NCBI GenBank assembly: GCA_964526445.1
Contig: CAZGIY010000002.1
Location: 1-52,270, forward strand
Reading direction: 5' to 3'
DNA from: an uncultured Candidatus Poseidoniales archaeon
Lineage (GTDB): Archaea; Thermoplasmatota; Poseidoniia; Poseidoniales; Poseidoniaceae
Length of the DNA stretch: 52,270 bases
Part shown: positions 24,402-33,071 of the stretch, piece by piece
Layout: each line of letters starts with the position of its first letter
Numbering within the stretch: the stretch's first letter is position 1
The notes under the pieces: generated by a model
Databases searched by the model: none
Seen by the model: only the letters and a program-made list of their open reading frames with translations
Told to the model about the DNA's origin: nothing
Position numbers and translations under genes: made by a program

Positions 24402-27047
24402 TTAGAATGAAAATAGTGATGATTGCCGATTTCCTTTCAACAATTCATCCGCACTCCATCCAAATGCTTCCGAAACTCTTCCAAAGGCCGTAGCCAATCT
24501 TTCGGCATAGAATTGAGAATCATAGGATTTGATTCCTCCATCCTCTTCGCCCTCGTTCCACGGCTCTACAACCATCGGTCGCTGACCAGCATTTGTGACC
24601 ACAAAGGCGATTTTCATCCCCGGAGTAAATGGCAAGTTTCTCTCTATGCGTTTGCGCGCTGCTCTGACTTGTGCCTGTCCATTTGGATTTGCATAATGCT
24701 TGTTGAAATCGACGCTACCGTCTTTCAATTGTTTACCTTTGCAGAGTTTCGATATCACCAATTCCTCGGCCGGAACTTCAGAACGCCTAACCTTTGCAAT
24801 CTGCTCTTTCGCAAGATTGATTGCTGCAGTTTCATCTCCATCCAGCACCAACTCGAAGATTCTCTGCATACCTTTTGTTAATGCCAGAAAAGAATCAGTC
24901 CTCTGAGTTTCATAGCCCTTAATCATCAAATCGTCTTTCGGCCAGACCACCCTACCGACGTAACGTTTCTTGGCCCCGTGTGAGAAGAAAGCAGACATTC
25001 CAGTTTCAAATTCCAACACTGCACTATCCTCACTGAAACGCTTTGCAGTCTCGTTTCCGAAACGAATCATTTCATCCATCGCTGCTTGCCACTTCTCTCT
25101 CTCTTCACCTTCTCCAGGTGGAGCCGTAGGGCTGCCTTCCTCGACTGGCACGCTGACAAAAATTGAATCTGTGTCGGAATAGACAACGTAGTGTCCTTCT
25201 TTCTCCAATTTATGAATAATCCCCTTGATGTTCCTTCTTGCCCAAGCAGTAATCGAAGTTCCAAGGTCGTGGTGAGTGAACCTGTAAAATTCTGAAGCAA
25301 AGACTCCATAGAAGGAGTTCATCATTATCTTCACAGCATATTGCATCTGGTCGTGAAAGGCTACTTTTGCAGAATCCTCGCTTTCTTCCGCGATTCTCAT
25401 CTCATTCTTATGGTGGTCTCTCTGGGCCATCAGGTCTTGTAGAAGGGTAGGAACCAAACCCTCTCTAGAGTCCTTGTTTCGGAATCGAGCCCCTGTTGGA
25501 GAAGTATGTACCAATTCATCATCTGTCGGTTGAATGGGATGGGAAATATCGATGCGAGTTGTATGGCAGATGTTGTTCCCTATCATTATCGAAGGGTACA
25601 TCGATTTGAAATCGAGTACGGCTATCCAAGGGTGCATCCCCGCCTCGACATCGTGAACGTAACCTCCGGGTATCTGCCCCTCTTTCTTCGCTGCGCTTCC
25701 GGTCAATGGGACTGCCACATCTTTTGATTCGGCTAATCTGATCACCAGACTATCGAGTAATTGGCTTGTGGTTCCATTCGCTGCGGTTTCAAAGGGTACT
25801 TTTGCGACCGATGCGATCGCTTCCTTGCGTCTAGTTGCTTGTATGCTCCGAAGAATCTGCAACGGCAGAGCCGAATCACGCGCACAATATTCCAATACAA
25901 CCTCTGGCCGTTCTGCCCATTCTTCATCCATGCGTGAAGCATCCACATCCATTTTGTGCAATTCGTCTCGATCTGGGAACAACAATTCGGCTACGAATTT
26001 CAGAGTCTCACGCCGTGGCCGTAATGCGCTACGGGCCTGCCACCAAGTATCCATGACTACGCGCCCAGCAAGAATCCAAGCGCGCGTATTCGCTCTTTTC
26101 GGAATTAATCCTTGCCGATTACGCTTGTGTTCTTCTTCATTCATTGGAACGCGGCCCCAACCGAATAATTTGCAACGCTCCTCAATCTCGGTTGAGCGAC
26201 AATGTCGCTCCATTCTTTCATTCAAGCGCGGCAAATCAAAATTGTCGACATTGTACCCTGTTATGATGTCCGCATCACTATTCCTCAATAAATCGGTCAA
26301 GTCCTTCATAATCTGTACTTCATCACCGCTGAATGTATGAGTCTCTTGAACAGGCTCTTGCAACTCCGGCTCCAAAGTTTCAATCGTCGCTGCAGCACAC
26401 AATATTCGATTATCTTCTATACTCGTTTCCAAATCGAAAGAGAATATTACCCACGGTGCTGGAAAGGGTTCAATATTCGACAAACTACTTCGATCACATT
26501 TGATTACTATGTCCACTGGGTAGAGGCCACTCCCACCTGCAGCAATGACATCTTCGACATTTCCAGGCTTCTTTTTTTGATGCAATATTTCTCCGTTGAG
26601 GTTTATGTGAGGTCCAAGGTCCTCATCGAGGAATAAGCGATTGGAAAAGGGAATATCTGCGCTGGTTAAATTCCAACTTTCAGAAAGCCTTTCTCGCAAT
26701 CTCGGCACTACGAATGGTTGTTCAACGCTAACCCACCAATGCATTTTTTCCCCGAGGTCGGTCCACTTTAATCGTGGCTCATCGATCTTAACCACTTCCT
26801 TGATTTCCATTACTCTGTTCAACCGTCTTTCGATATCTTCAGGTAAATCCTTGGGATTCTTGCAGACCCCGGGGATCGAAATTTCGATACCGGGCGTAAA
26901 TCCATGAACTAAGGCAATCACGGAATCTCCATTTCTTGAACGAGTTGTAATTTCAATAATAGAGGATGCAGCACCATCTTCATTATGTTTATTCCAACGA
27001 ATACTGAGAACAGCAACATCACCACCCCAAGTCGCATCTGCTGCCAT
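24402..27047 (-). CDS. polB: Family-B DNA polymerase (PolB), no intein
   Basis: Exo I 'FDLET', Exo II 'ITGYNVDNFDLPRL', Exo III 'YCARDSALPLQIL', Pol A 'LDFKSMYPSIMIGNN', Pol B 'KIMMNSFYGVFAS' and Pol C 'VVYSDTDSIFV'. ATG at 27047 (the track start at 27125 is TTG). Confidence 0.95.
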   Translation of the reverse strand: MAADATWGGDVAVLSIRWNKHNEDGAASSIIEITTRSRNGDSVIALVHGFTPGIEISIPGVCKNPKDLPEDIERRLNRVMEIKEVVKIDEPRLKWTDLGEKMHWWVSVEQPFVVPRLRERLSESWNLTSADIPFSNRLFLDEDLGPHINLNGEILHQKKKPGNVEDVIAAGGSGLYPVDIVIKCDRSSLSNIEPFPAPWVIFSFDLETSIEDNRILCAAATIETLEPELQEPVQETHTFSGDEVQIMKDLTDLLRNSDADIITGYNVDNFDLPRLNERMERHCRSTEIEERCKLFGWGRVPMNEEEHKRNRQGLIPKRANTRAWILAGRVVMDTWWQARSALRPRRETLKFVAELLFPDRDELHKMDVDASRMDEEWAERPEVVLEYCARDSALPLQILRSIQATRRKEAIASVAKVPFETAANGTTSQLLDSLVIRLAESKDVAVPLTGSAAKKEGQIPGGYVHDVEAGMHPWIAVLDFKSMYPSIMIGNNICHTTRIDISHPIQPTDDELVHTSPTGARFRNKDSREGLVPTLLQDLMAQRDHHKNEMRIAEESEDSAKVAFHDQMQYAVKIMMNSFYGVFASEFYRFTHHDLGTSITAWARRNIKGIIHKLEKEGHYVVYSDTDSIFVSVPVEEGSPTAPPGEGEEREKWQAAMDEMIRFGNETAKRFSEDSAVLEFETGMSAFFSHGAKKRYVGRVVWPKDDLMIKGYETQRTDSFLALTKGMQRIFELVLDGDETAAINLAKEQIAKVRRSEVPAEELVISKLCKGKQLKDGSVDFNKHYANPNGQAQVRAARKRIERNLPFTPGMKIAFVVTNAGQRPMVVEPWNEGEEDGGIKSYDSQFYAERLATAFGRVSEAFGWSADELLKGNRQSSLFSF

Positions 27048-27194
27048 GTCAAGTGTTAGGTGCCGATGAAACATGAACCTTGGCAATGGCCAAACGAGGC
27101 GAAGATGGAAGAATCGTTTCAGCAAGTATTGAAAGCCTGAGTCCTATCGACAAACGCAGTCGGGTTTTTCTGGCTGTGTTCAGGTGGTGCAAAG

Positions 27195-28241
27195 ATGGTG
27201 GAAAGAGAGGAAATCGATTGGGATTCCTTGACTTTTTCTTTGACTCAGACCGATTATATGTATGTCGCCACTTGTGATTTGGGACAACCGTGGCGCCCCG
27301 GACAGATGTTGCCATATGGTAACCTAGAGATCGATCCGGCGGCAGGCGTCCTAAACTATGGTCAAGGCATATTTGAGGGCATGAAAGCCCATCGAACGGT
27401 TCAGAACAATGTTATTCTGTTCAGGCCAGATGAAAATGCCCGCCGTTTCCAAAAAGGTGCAGCAAGACTAGGAATGCCGCCAGTACCAGAGTCCATGTTC
27501 ATCGATGCTGTTGAACAGGTGGTTGCAGCAAATTCACGTTTCATCCCACCATCCGGCCGTGGGGCGTTGTATGTCAGACCTGTACTTTGGGGTACAGGGC
27601 CAATCATGGGAGTAGCGCCCGCTCCGTCCTACACATTTTGTGTATTTGTCACTCCAGTCGGTCCGTATTTCAAAGGGGGCTTAACCAGTATTGAACTGTT
27701 GATTTCCGATGAACACCACAGAGCAGCCCCCGGCGGTTCAGGCGGAGTCAAAGCGATTGGAAATTACGCACCGGGTATGATGCCATCCAAGAATGCCAAA
27801 AAGCAAGGATATGCCGAAGTCATCTATCTTGATGCTGTTGAACACAACAACATCGAAGAAGTGGGTGCAGCGAATTTCTTTTGTGTCAAGGACGACCATA
27901 TTTACACGCCAGAGCTGACAGGCACCATTCTTCCAGGAATCACGCGCGATTCGATAATTCAATTAGCCCGACATAGAGGTTACGAAGTGACTGAAACCAA
28001 AGTCAGCGCAGAATTTGCCATGCAAGCAGACGAGGCATTTTGTTGCGGTACAGCAGCGGTAATCTCGCCGATAGGTTCGATCACTCATGGCGATCAAAAG
28101 AAGGTCTACATGGATGGAGATGTGGCCCCGGTTACTCGAGAACTCTACAATGCACTAACTGGAGTTCAGACAGAATTGGCACAAGACCCCTTTTCATGGT
28201 TGCATAAGGTTGAATTGAATCTGCCAATCAATATGGTTTGA
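27195..28241 (+). CDS. ilvE: Branched-chain amino acid aminotransferase (fold-type IV PLP enzyme)
   Basis: 'LNYGQGIFEGMKAHR', 'GGVKAIGNYA', 'EEVGAANFF' and 'LPGITRDS' are typical BCAT motifs. Confidence 0.85.
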   Translation: MVEREEIDWDSLTFSLTQTDYMYVATCDLGQPWRPGQMLPYGNLEIDPAAGVLNYGQGIFEGMKAHRTVQNNVILFRPDENARRFQKGAARLGMPPVPESMFIDAVEQVVAANSRFIPPSGRGALYVRPVLWGTGPIMGVAPAPSYTFCVFVTPVGPYFKGGLTSIELLISDEHHRAAPGGSGGVKAIGNYAPGMMPSKNAKKQGYAEVIYLDAVEHNNIEEVGAANFFCVKDDHIYTPELTGTILPGITRDSIIQLARHRGYEVTETKVSAEFAMQADEAFCCGTAAVISPIGSITHGDQKKVYMDGDVAPVTRELYNALTGVQTELAQDPFSWLHKVELNLPINMV

Positions 28242-28242
28242 T

Positions 28243-28614
28243 TCAAATCATTTCTCTTGCGGCTTCAACATTGTCGGCTGTGAAAGCAATTACGGCCTTG
28301 TCTTCATCTTTACTCATGATGTAGATTGAATTGATGTTGATACCAGCATTACTCATTGTTCTTGAGAGGGCTGCCAAAGAACCTGGTTGGTGAGGCATTG
28401 TGACCAGAAGCACTTCACTAACATGATATTCGTGTCCCAAATTATCTAGTACATCGGTTGTTCCTTCTTCATCATCAGTCACCAATGCTACAACTGCTCC
28501 TGTAGCAGTTAATGCTGTGGCGGTTAGTAGGTTGATTCCCTTCGAGGATAGCGCTTCACAGAGATCTGCCATTTGCCCCGGTTTATCTGGTAATTTGATA
28601 CAATACTCCTTCAT
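28243..28614 (-). CDS. Tandem ACT-domain protein
   Basis: Two beta-alpha-beta-beta-alpha-beta-like halves begin 'IKLPDKPGQMADLCEALSSKGINL' and 'VTMPHQPGSLAALSRTMSNAGININ'. Confidence 0.65.
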   Translation of the reverse strand: MKEYCIKLPDKPGQMADLCEALSSKGINLLTATALTATGAVVALVTDDEEGTTDVLDNLGHEYHVSEVLLVTMPHQPGSLAALSRTMSNAGININSIYIMSKDEDKAVIAFTADNVEAAREMI

Positions 28615-28675
28615 GCTGGGACGTAGATGGTCACACCTATGACAATTGCGAGTGAAAATTGCACAATGCGGTCAT

Positions 28676-29821
28676 TCAAACTAGTGAATCAGTGCATGCG
28701 TGCCTGCGAGAGCAATTCTGGCATTTACCCGGCCTCTTATGATTTCGCGCCGCCCCTCCTTCTCGCATCAATCTTTGAATTTCATTCACTGCCCTGAGCA
28801 GTTCATTCTTTCCTTCTTCATTCCAGTCTACTTGGAAAAGAGTCTCTTCACCATATCGCAATATTCCGTAAGGAGGTTCGTTAGCGGTATTCATGTCGAT
28901 TAAGCGGAGATAGGCCAGTAACTGCATCTTGTGGGAGAGAAAAGGAGATTTAGGAACCCTTCCAGTCTTTTGTTCCAATGGGATAAACTCTCCATCGATG
29001 ACGACGATTTGATCGGGCCTGCCACTCAATCCGATTTCTTCATCCTTCAGAAGTCCTGCACTTTCATTATCATCCGAATATACGACATCGTTCTGTCCAC
29101 TAAGTCCGGTGGAGGTAGCATAGTTTGTTAGGATATTATCTGCCACCAAAGCTTGTTGCAATCTCCAAGAAGAGAACAGGGTCCACAACATCGCGACTAC
29201 AAGTAGAATGAACCCCGCTTGTTCTCGATTTGATGCTCCCCAAAGAGCGGCACCGTGCAATGTCAGAACTATTGCTCCCAGAAGTAAAGAAGCCTCTACT
29301 CTTCCACCTTTGGTCCACCCTCCAGAGAAGTCAGGACTCTCGATGACACTAGCTATTGAATGCTCATCTACCCATTGCTTCAGATCCATCTCCAAGGTCT
29401 GCATGGAGGTCTTCCACCCAATCCATTCTCTCCATGGTAAGACGATCAAAGTGATTGCAAGGGACAACCAAACTACAGACAATAAGACTAGATATCTCGC
29501 TAGGTCATTAGGTGGAAATGTATCTGTCAAGGCGAAGAATGCAACTGCATCAACCGAATATGCAATGATGATACCGAACCACCATGTCCAAATGGTGATT
29601 TGACGCTTGAGAGCGGAACGGGCTTCTTGGTATTCTCGCATCTGTATATCTATCTCTGCATGTTTGTTGATACCTTCTGAGACATTTTCGCCACTGGCGA
29701 TGACACCTTTGCGAGCTAACTCCCATGAAAGTGGACAATAGGTGTGTCTTTCAACATCTGAGGCTGATACGAAGCGCTTTCTACCACCTTCTGAATCAGA
29801 ACTTTCGGACCCAGGCTCCAT
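28676..29821 (-). CDS. Cas4/RecB-family PD-(D/E)XK Fe-S nuclease domain interrupted by four predicted transmembrane helices
   Basis: 'SASDVERHTYCPLSWEL' supplies the N-terminal Cys motif. Four hydrophobic segments follow (about aa 77-217). Next come 'SGRPDQIVVIDGEFIPLEQKTG' (D ... E-x-K), 'HKMQLLAYLRL' (QxxxY) and 'GKCQNCSRRHAC' (C-x2-C-x5-C). ATG at 29821 (the track start at 29827 is GTG). Confidence 0.65.
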   Translation of the reverse strand: MEPGSESSDSEGGRKRFVSASDVERHTYCPLSWELARKGVIASGENVSEGINKHAEIDIQMREYQEARSALKRQITIWTWWFGIIIAYSVDAVAFFALTDTFPPNDLARYLVLLSVVWLSLAITLIVLPWREWIGWKTSMQTLEMDLKQWVDEHSIASVIESPDFSGGWTKGGRVEASLLLGAIVLTLHGAALWGASNREQAGFILLVVAMLWTLFSSWRLQQALVADNILTNYATSTGLSGQNDVVYSDDNESAGLLKDEEIGLSGRPDQIVVIDGEFIPLEQKTGRVPKSPFLSHKMQLLAYLRLIDMNTANEPPYGILRYGEETLFQVDWNEEGKNELLRAVNEIQRLMREGGAARNHKRPGKCQNCSRRHACTDSLV

Positions 29822-29894
29822 CTTCACTCAACTCCCTCAAGGTTGCAGTGTACCATTATCATTCAAACTTGTTATGATTAGATATAGGTGAATT

Positions 29895-30365
29895 TCACTT
29901 CTTCCACTTCTTTCTACCACGTTGTTTTTTATTTCTTTGCGCTTTAGCAGCAGCTTGTCTTGCAGCCCCACTGGTCTTTCTTTGCGCCCTTGCTCGTCGG
30001 TCACCGGTTTTTGGGCCGCGCTTGTTTTCTTCATCAGCCTCGTTTTGCCTTTGGATATTGATTTCGCGCCATCTATTTCCGATAATCTGCAAGATCTCTT
30101 CTTTCTTTGAGGTTCCAAGATCATCTTTGGCAGCAGATTTGGAAATCCACAACCTACCTTCTTTGGCCCAAGGTCTGCTGGGGTGACAAATCCCTTCTTC
30201 GCGCTTCATCTTCTTGACTCCAGCTTGACGGGCCGCCCATGCCAATCCCTCAAGGTCCGGTTTGTTCACAGAACAATCGTTTCCGACTCTACGCCCATTT
30301 CTTCGCGAATTTCGCGAATTGAAATAACCGGGCCATAGCACGATACGATCGGGATTATGGGGCAT
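29895..30365 (-). CDS. srp19: Signal recognition particle protein SRP19 with an extended Lys/Arg-rich C-terminal tail
   Basis: 'IVLWPGYFNSRNSRRNGRRV' is the SRP19 signature. ATG at 30365. The last ~60 aa are highly basic. Confidence 0.8.
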   Translation of the reverse strand: MPHNPDRIVLWPGYFNSRNSRRNGRRVGNDCSVNKPDLEGLAWAARQAGVKKMKREEGICHPSRPWAKEGRLWISKSAAKDDLGTSKKEEILQIIGNRWREINIQRQNEADEENKRGPKTGDRRARAQRKTSGAARQAAAKAQRNKKQRGRKKWKK

Positions 30366-30416
30366 CTCGCTCAAACCCCGGTATCAACAGCCCATCTTAA
30401 GGGCACGCTTGCAGAC

Positions 30417-30800
30417 TCACTCGTCCAATAGAACGCCATTGATGACGCCATCATGACCAGGACGGCTCGTGATTCGAACATGCCCCTTCTCGGTCAATAT
30501 GACGGCCCCCTTGGTCAACACGTTTCTTCTGACGTAGTTTGGATTAGCGGGGCTCTCAACAACAGTCTTGATTGCGACTCTTTCTGTTTTTCCAGTCTTG
30601 GGATTAGATACACTGACCTCATTATCCATTAGAACTCTTACAAGTGTATTTCCACCAGTCTTGCGGTAAATCTTCCTCTTAGCCTCACCTACCAAAGCAA
30701 GTTGCTTCTCGCTGCTGATTTCGGTGCTGCGCTTACCGCGAGCCTTGACTCTGCGGCCACCTGTTGCCTTCCTTCGCGAGACGCCGTGCCATTGTGCCAT
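30417..30800 (-). CDS. rps8e: 30S ribosomal protein S8e (eS8)
   Basis: 'MAQWHGVSRRKATGGRRVKARGKR' and 'VRVLMDNEVSVSNPKTGK' are typical of archaeal S8e. Confidence 0.9.
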   Translation of the reverse strand: MAQWHGVSRRKATGGRRVKARGKRSTEISSEKQLALVGEAKRKIYRKTGGNTLVRVLMDNEVSVSNPKTGKTERVAIKTVVESPANPNYVRRNVLTKGAVILTEKGHVRITSRPGHDGVINGVLLDE

Positions 30801-30834
30801 GGTAAATCCTCAGGGAAGCGCCGACTCAGCATCC

Positions 30835-31482
30835 CTATTTCAAGTCTGAGGGTGGTGAGAAGTGAGCAATTAATCGACTTTTTACAATTCCAGCCCCATC
30901 ATTCAATCTTGCTTCGACAACGTCCCCATCTCGTAACCAATCTACACCTTCAGGGGTTCCTGTGAAGATAATATCGCCTTTTTCTAGAGGCGCCCACTCA
31001 TTTAATGAAGCCAATAGAGTAGAAGGAGATCTGACCATGTCAGAGATATTCGCAGCCATTCTTTTTTCTGAGTTTACGAGCAAGTCAATAGACCAACTCG
31101 ATTCGATTTCAGAGAATTTTCTTGAAGACACATCATGCCATTCGCCGATAACTGCAGAGTCTTTGAAGGACTTACAACGAGCCCACGGTAAACCTTCTTT
31201 CTTGAGTTCACTCTGAATCACCCGATTGGTAAGGTCGAGTCCAATACACACGGCCTCAATTGAGAATTTTCCTTCTGAGAAGTCGCCCAGTTTGAGTACT
31301 AATTCCAACTCATGTTGAATACTTCGATTATCGGGTAGAGAGATAGTTTTGATTTCATTGACAGGCGAGGATACCAATGCGGCAGATGGTTTGAGGAAAT
31401 ATTCTGGCTCTGCGGGAACTTCAACTCCCATCTCCTTTGCATGGGCAGAGTATGTTCTTATTGCGCACCATATCGATGTCAT
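30835..31482 (-). CDS. Fumarylacetoacetate hydrolase (FAH) family protein
   Basis: 'EKGDIIFTGTPEGVDWLRDGDVVEARL' is the FAH-family C-terminal signature. ATG at 31482 lies 1 nt after the upstream stop. Confidence 0.75.
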   Translation of the reverse strand: MTSIWCAIRTYSAHAKEMGVEVPAEPEYFLKPSAALVSSPVNEIKTISLPDNRSIQHELELVLKLGDFSEGKFSIEAVCIGLDLTNRVIQSELKKEGLPWARCKSFKDSAVIGEWHDVSSRKFSEIESSWSIDLLVNSEKRMAANISDMVRSPSTLLASLNEWAPLEKGDIIFTGTPEGVDWLRDGDVVEARLNDGAGIVKSRLIAHFSPPSDLK

Positions 31483-31483
31483 C

Positions 31484-31861
31484 TCAATTATCCCCCGAAT
31501 CAAGTTCGGTTATTGTTTCCCAAACTTCGCGAATATGGGGAATTGTGATTGAACCCCCAACCACCATTGCGACATTCAAAGCATCGAGGAGTTCATCCTT
31601 GTTCCATCCCTGTTCAATGCAGTTCTTTGCGTGATAGGTTATGCATTCTTGGCAGCGTAGAACTGTTGATGCAACTAGGCCTAGCAATTCTTTGGTCTTG
31701 GCATCCAATGCATCATCGCGATAGGCTGCACTATCCAAAGCAAGGAATCTCTTAATTCCTAGGTGTTCTTCATTCATCAATAGGTCCATTCTCCTTTGGC
31801 GGTCTTCGTGGAATTGATGGATATCCATGCCCCTTGCAGGAGGGCTGTGGTTTTGAGACAT
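31484..31861 (-). CDS. Carboxymuconolactone decarboxylase / AhpD-like family protein
   Basis: 'ELLGLVASTVLRCQECITYHAKNCIEQGWNKDELLDALNVAMVVGG' matches the CMD-family core with C-x-x-C-x-x-x-H. Confidence 0.7.
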   Translation of the reverse strand: MSQNHSPPARGMDIHQFHEDRQRRMDLLMNEEHLGIKRFLALDSAAYRDDALDAKTKELLGLVASTVLRCQECITYHAKNCIEQGWNKDELLDALNVAMVVGGSITIPHIREVWETITELDSGDN

Positions 31862-31914
31862 CCCATGTGTAATAGGATGGACATCCTCTTCAACCGCTTA
31901 CCACAGGATGGACC

Positions 31915-32424
31915 ATGGCCAAGGATTGGAGTGTTAGGAAAAGACGCCCAGTTCGTCGCAAACAAGTTGCCCCTCTGTTATCTAAACTCGAGGATCGTTT
32001 TGGCATCGATTTGAATCTTGAGGGGGCCTTTCTCGAAGTTGCTGAATACGGTAGTTGGAGATTGATGATTGTAAATCGTGAACCGCATGCTGTTGAGATT
32101 GAGAATGAAGAGGAAGAGGTTGTCGCTGCACTGACATTGAGAGGACTATTGGCCCACGCCCCAGACAAATCGTGGTTGGAGGTAGATAGAGGGGCAATTC
32201 CATTTTTGATGAATGGAGCTGATTGTATGGCGGCTGGCATACATGCTGCACATGAAGAGATAATTACAGGAGATTTAGTTTGGATAAGAGATCAGGAACA
32301 TAAACGGCCCTTGGCGCTCGGTTGGGCTTGCATGGATGCGAATCAGATGGTTCAAGAAAGTAGTGGCAAGGCGGTCAAGACCCTGCATTGGATAGGCGAC
32401 GAATTGTGGGAAATGGAGTTTTGA
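31915..32424 (+). CDS. PUA-domain RNA-binding protein (archaeal Tma20/MCT-1-like)
   Basis: 'GADCMAAGIHAAHEEIITGDLVWIRDQEHKRPLALGWACMDANQM...GKAVKTLHWIGDELW' is a PUA-domain pattern. Confidence 0.7.
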   Translation: MAKDWSVRKRRPVRRKQVAPLLSKLEDRFGIDLNLEGAFLEVAEYGSWRLMIVNREPHAVEIENEEEEVVAALTLRGLLAHAPDKSWLEVDRGAIPFLMNGADCMAAGIHAAHEEIITGDLVWIRDQEHKRPLALGWACMDANQMVQESSGKAVKTLHWIGDELWEMEF

Positions 32425-32483
32425 ACAATATTGTTGAACCTTTTGAGCGAGCGATTCAAAACCTTACGGTTATTGGCCACCTC

Positions 32484-33071
32484 ATGCAGAGGTCTTCGCT
32501 ATTCATAGCCTCACTCATCATGATTCTATGTTCAGTGCAAACTGTTGCTGCTGCAGGCGGTGAAGATGTTGAACCTGATATCTCCGAATCGCCGATAGTT
32601 GCAATCAATCACACTGTAGAGGCCGCAGATCAATCGGATTGGTCGATAAGCGTGGAGATCGATTCTAACGCGGCAAACAACAACACCAGCATTAGGATTC
32701 TGCGTCAGATGTGCACCAATGAAGGTGTGTGTGATTCACCTGAGTGGGAAGATATTGAAGCCAGTGAAAATAGAACTTTTTGGAATTCTTCTTGGGTGAC
32801 AATTGATGATCATTCATATGTGAATTGGAAGGTATCCGTAGATTATGATGATGGGGAATCCGATGAGTTCCCTTCTAAGGGATATGCCAAAGCATGGAGT
32901 TCTTGTTGGTATGATATTGATACAGATCAATGGGGGGGCAAGGACTGTCCTGATGGCCCCCCAGTGGATAAATCAGATAAGGTCGAAGAAGAATCATCCA
33001 TCCCTTCAATCAGCTTCCTTTCAGTTGTAGGAGTATTGGGACTAGCCGCATTGCTCCGCCGAAGTTCATAG
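32484..33071 (+). CDS. Secreted protein of unknown function with a C-terminal sorting-signal-like anchor
   Basis: ATG at 32484 gives the signal 'MQRSSLFIASLIMILCSVQTVAAAGG'. The C-terminus is 'EEESSIPSISFLSVVGVLGLAALLRRSS' (motif, TM, basic residues). Confidence 0.6.
   Translation: MQRSSLFIASLIMILCSVQTVAAAGGEDVEPDISESPIVAINHTVEAADQSDWSISVEIDSNAANNNTSIRILRQMCTNEGVCDSPEWEDIEASENRTFWNSSWVTIDDHSYVNWKVSVDYDDGESDEFPSKGYAKAWSSCWYDIDTDQWGGKDCPDGPPVDKSDKVEEESSIPSISFLSVVGVLGLAALLRRSS

Noticed and set aside
25768-26340. A 190-aa ORF antisense to polB, plus other antisense ORFs within 24423-26907.
   Set aside because: polB has all six conserved polymerase and exonuclease motifs on the other strand. The antisense translations are Ser/Arg-rich.
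28676-29821. Possibility that the Cas4-like gene marks a CRISPR-Cas locus.
   Set aside because: I saw no direct-repeat/spacer array anywhere in the window and no cas1, cas2 or effector genes. The flanking genes are ACT-domain, ilvE and srp19.
29837-30124. A 95-aa ORF in another frame overlapping the 3' half of srp19.
   Set aside because: It is contained within the basic-tail coding region of srp19. Lys/Arg-rich codons read as another basic peptide in the shifted frame, and there is no independent support.
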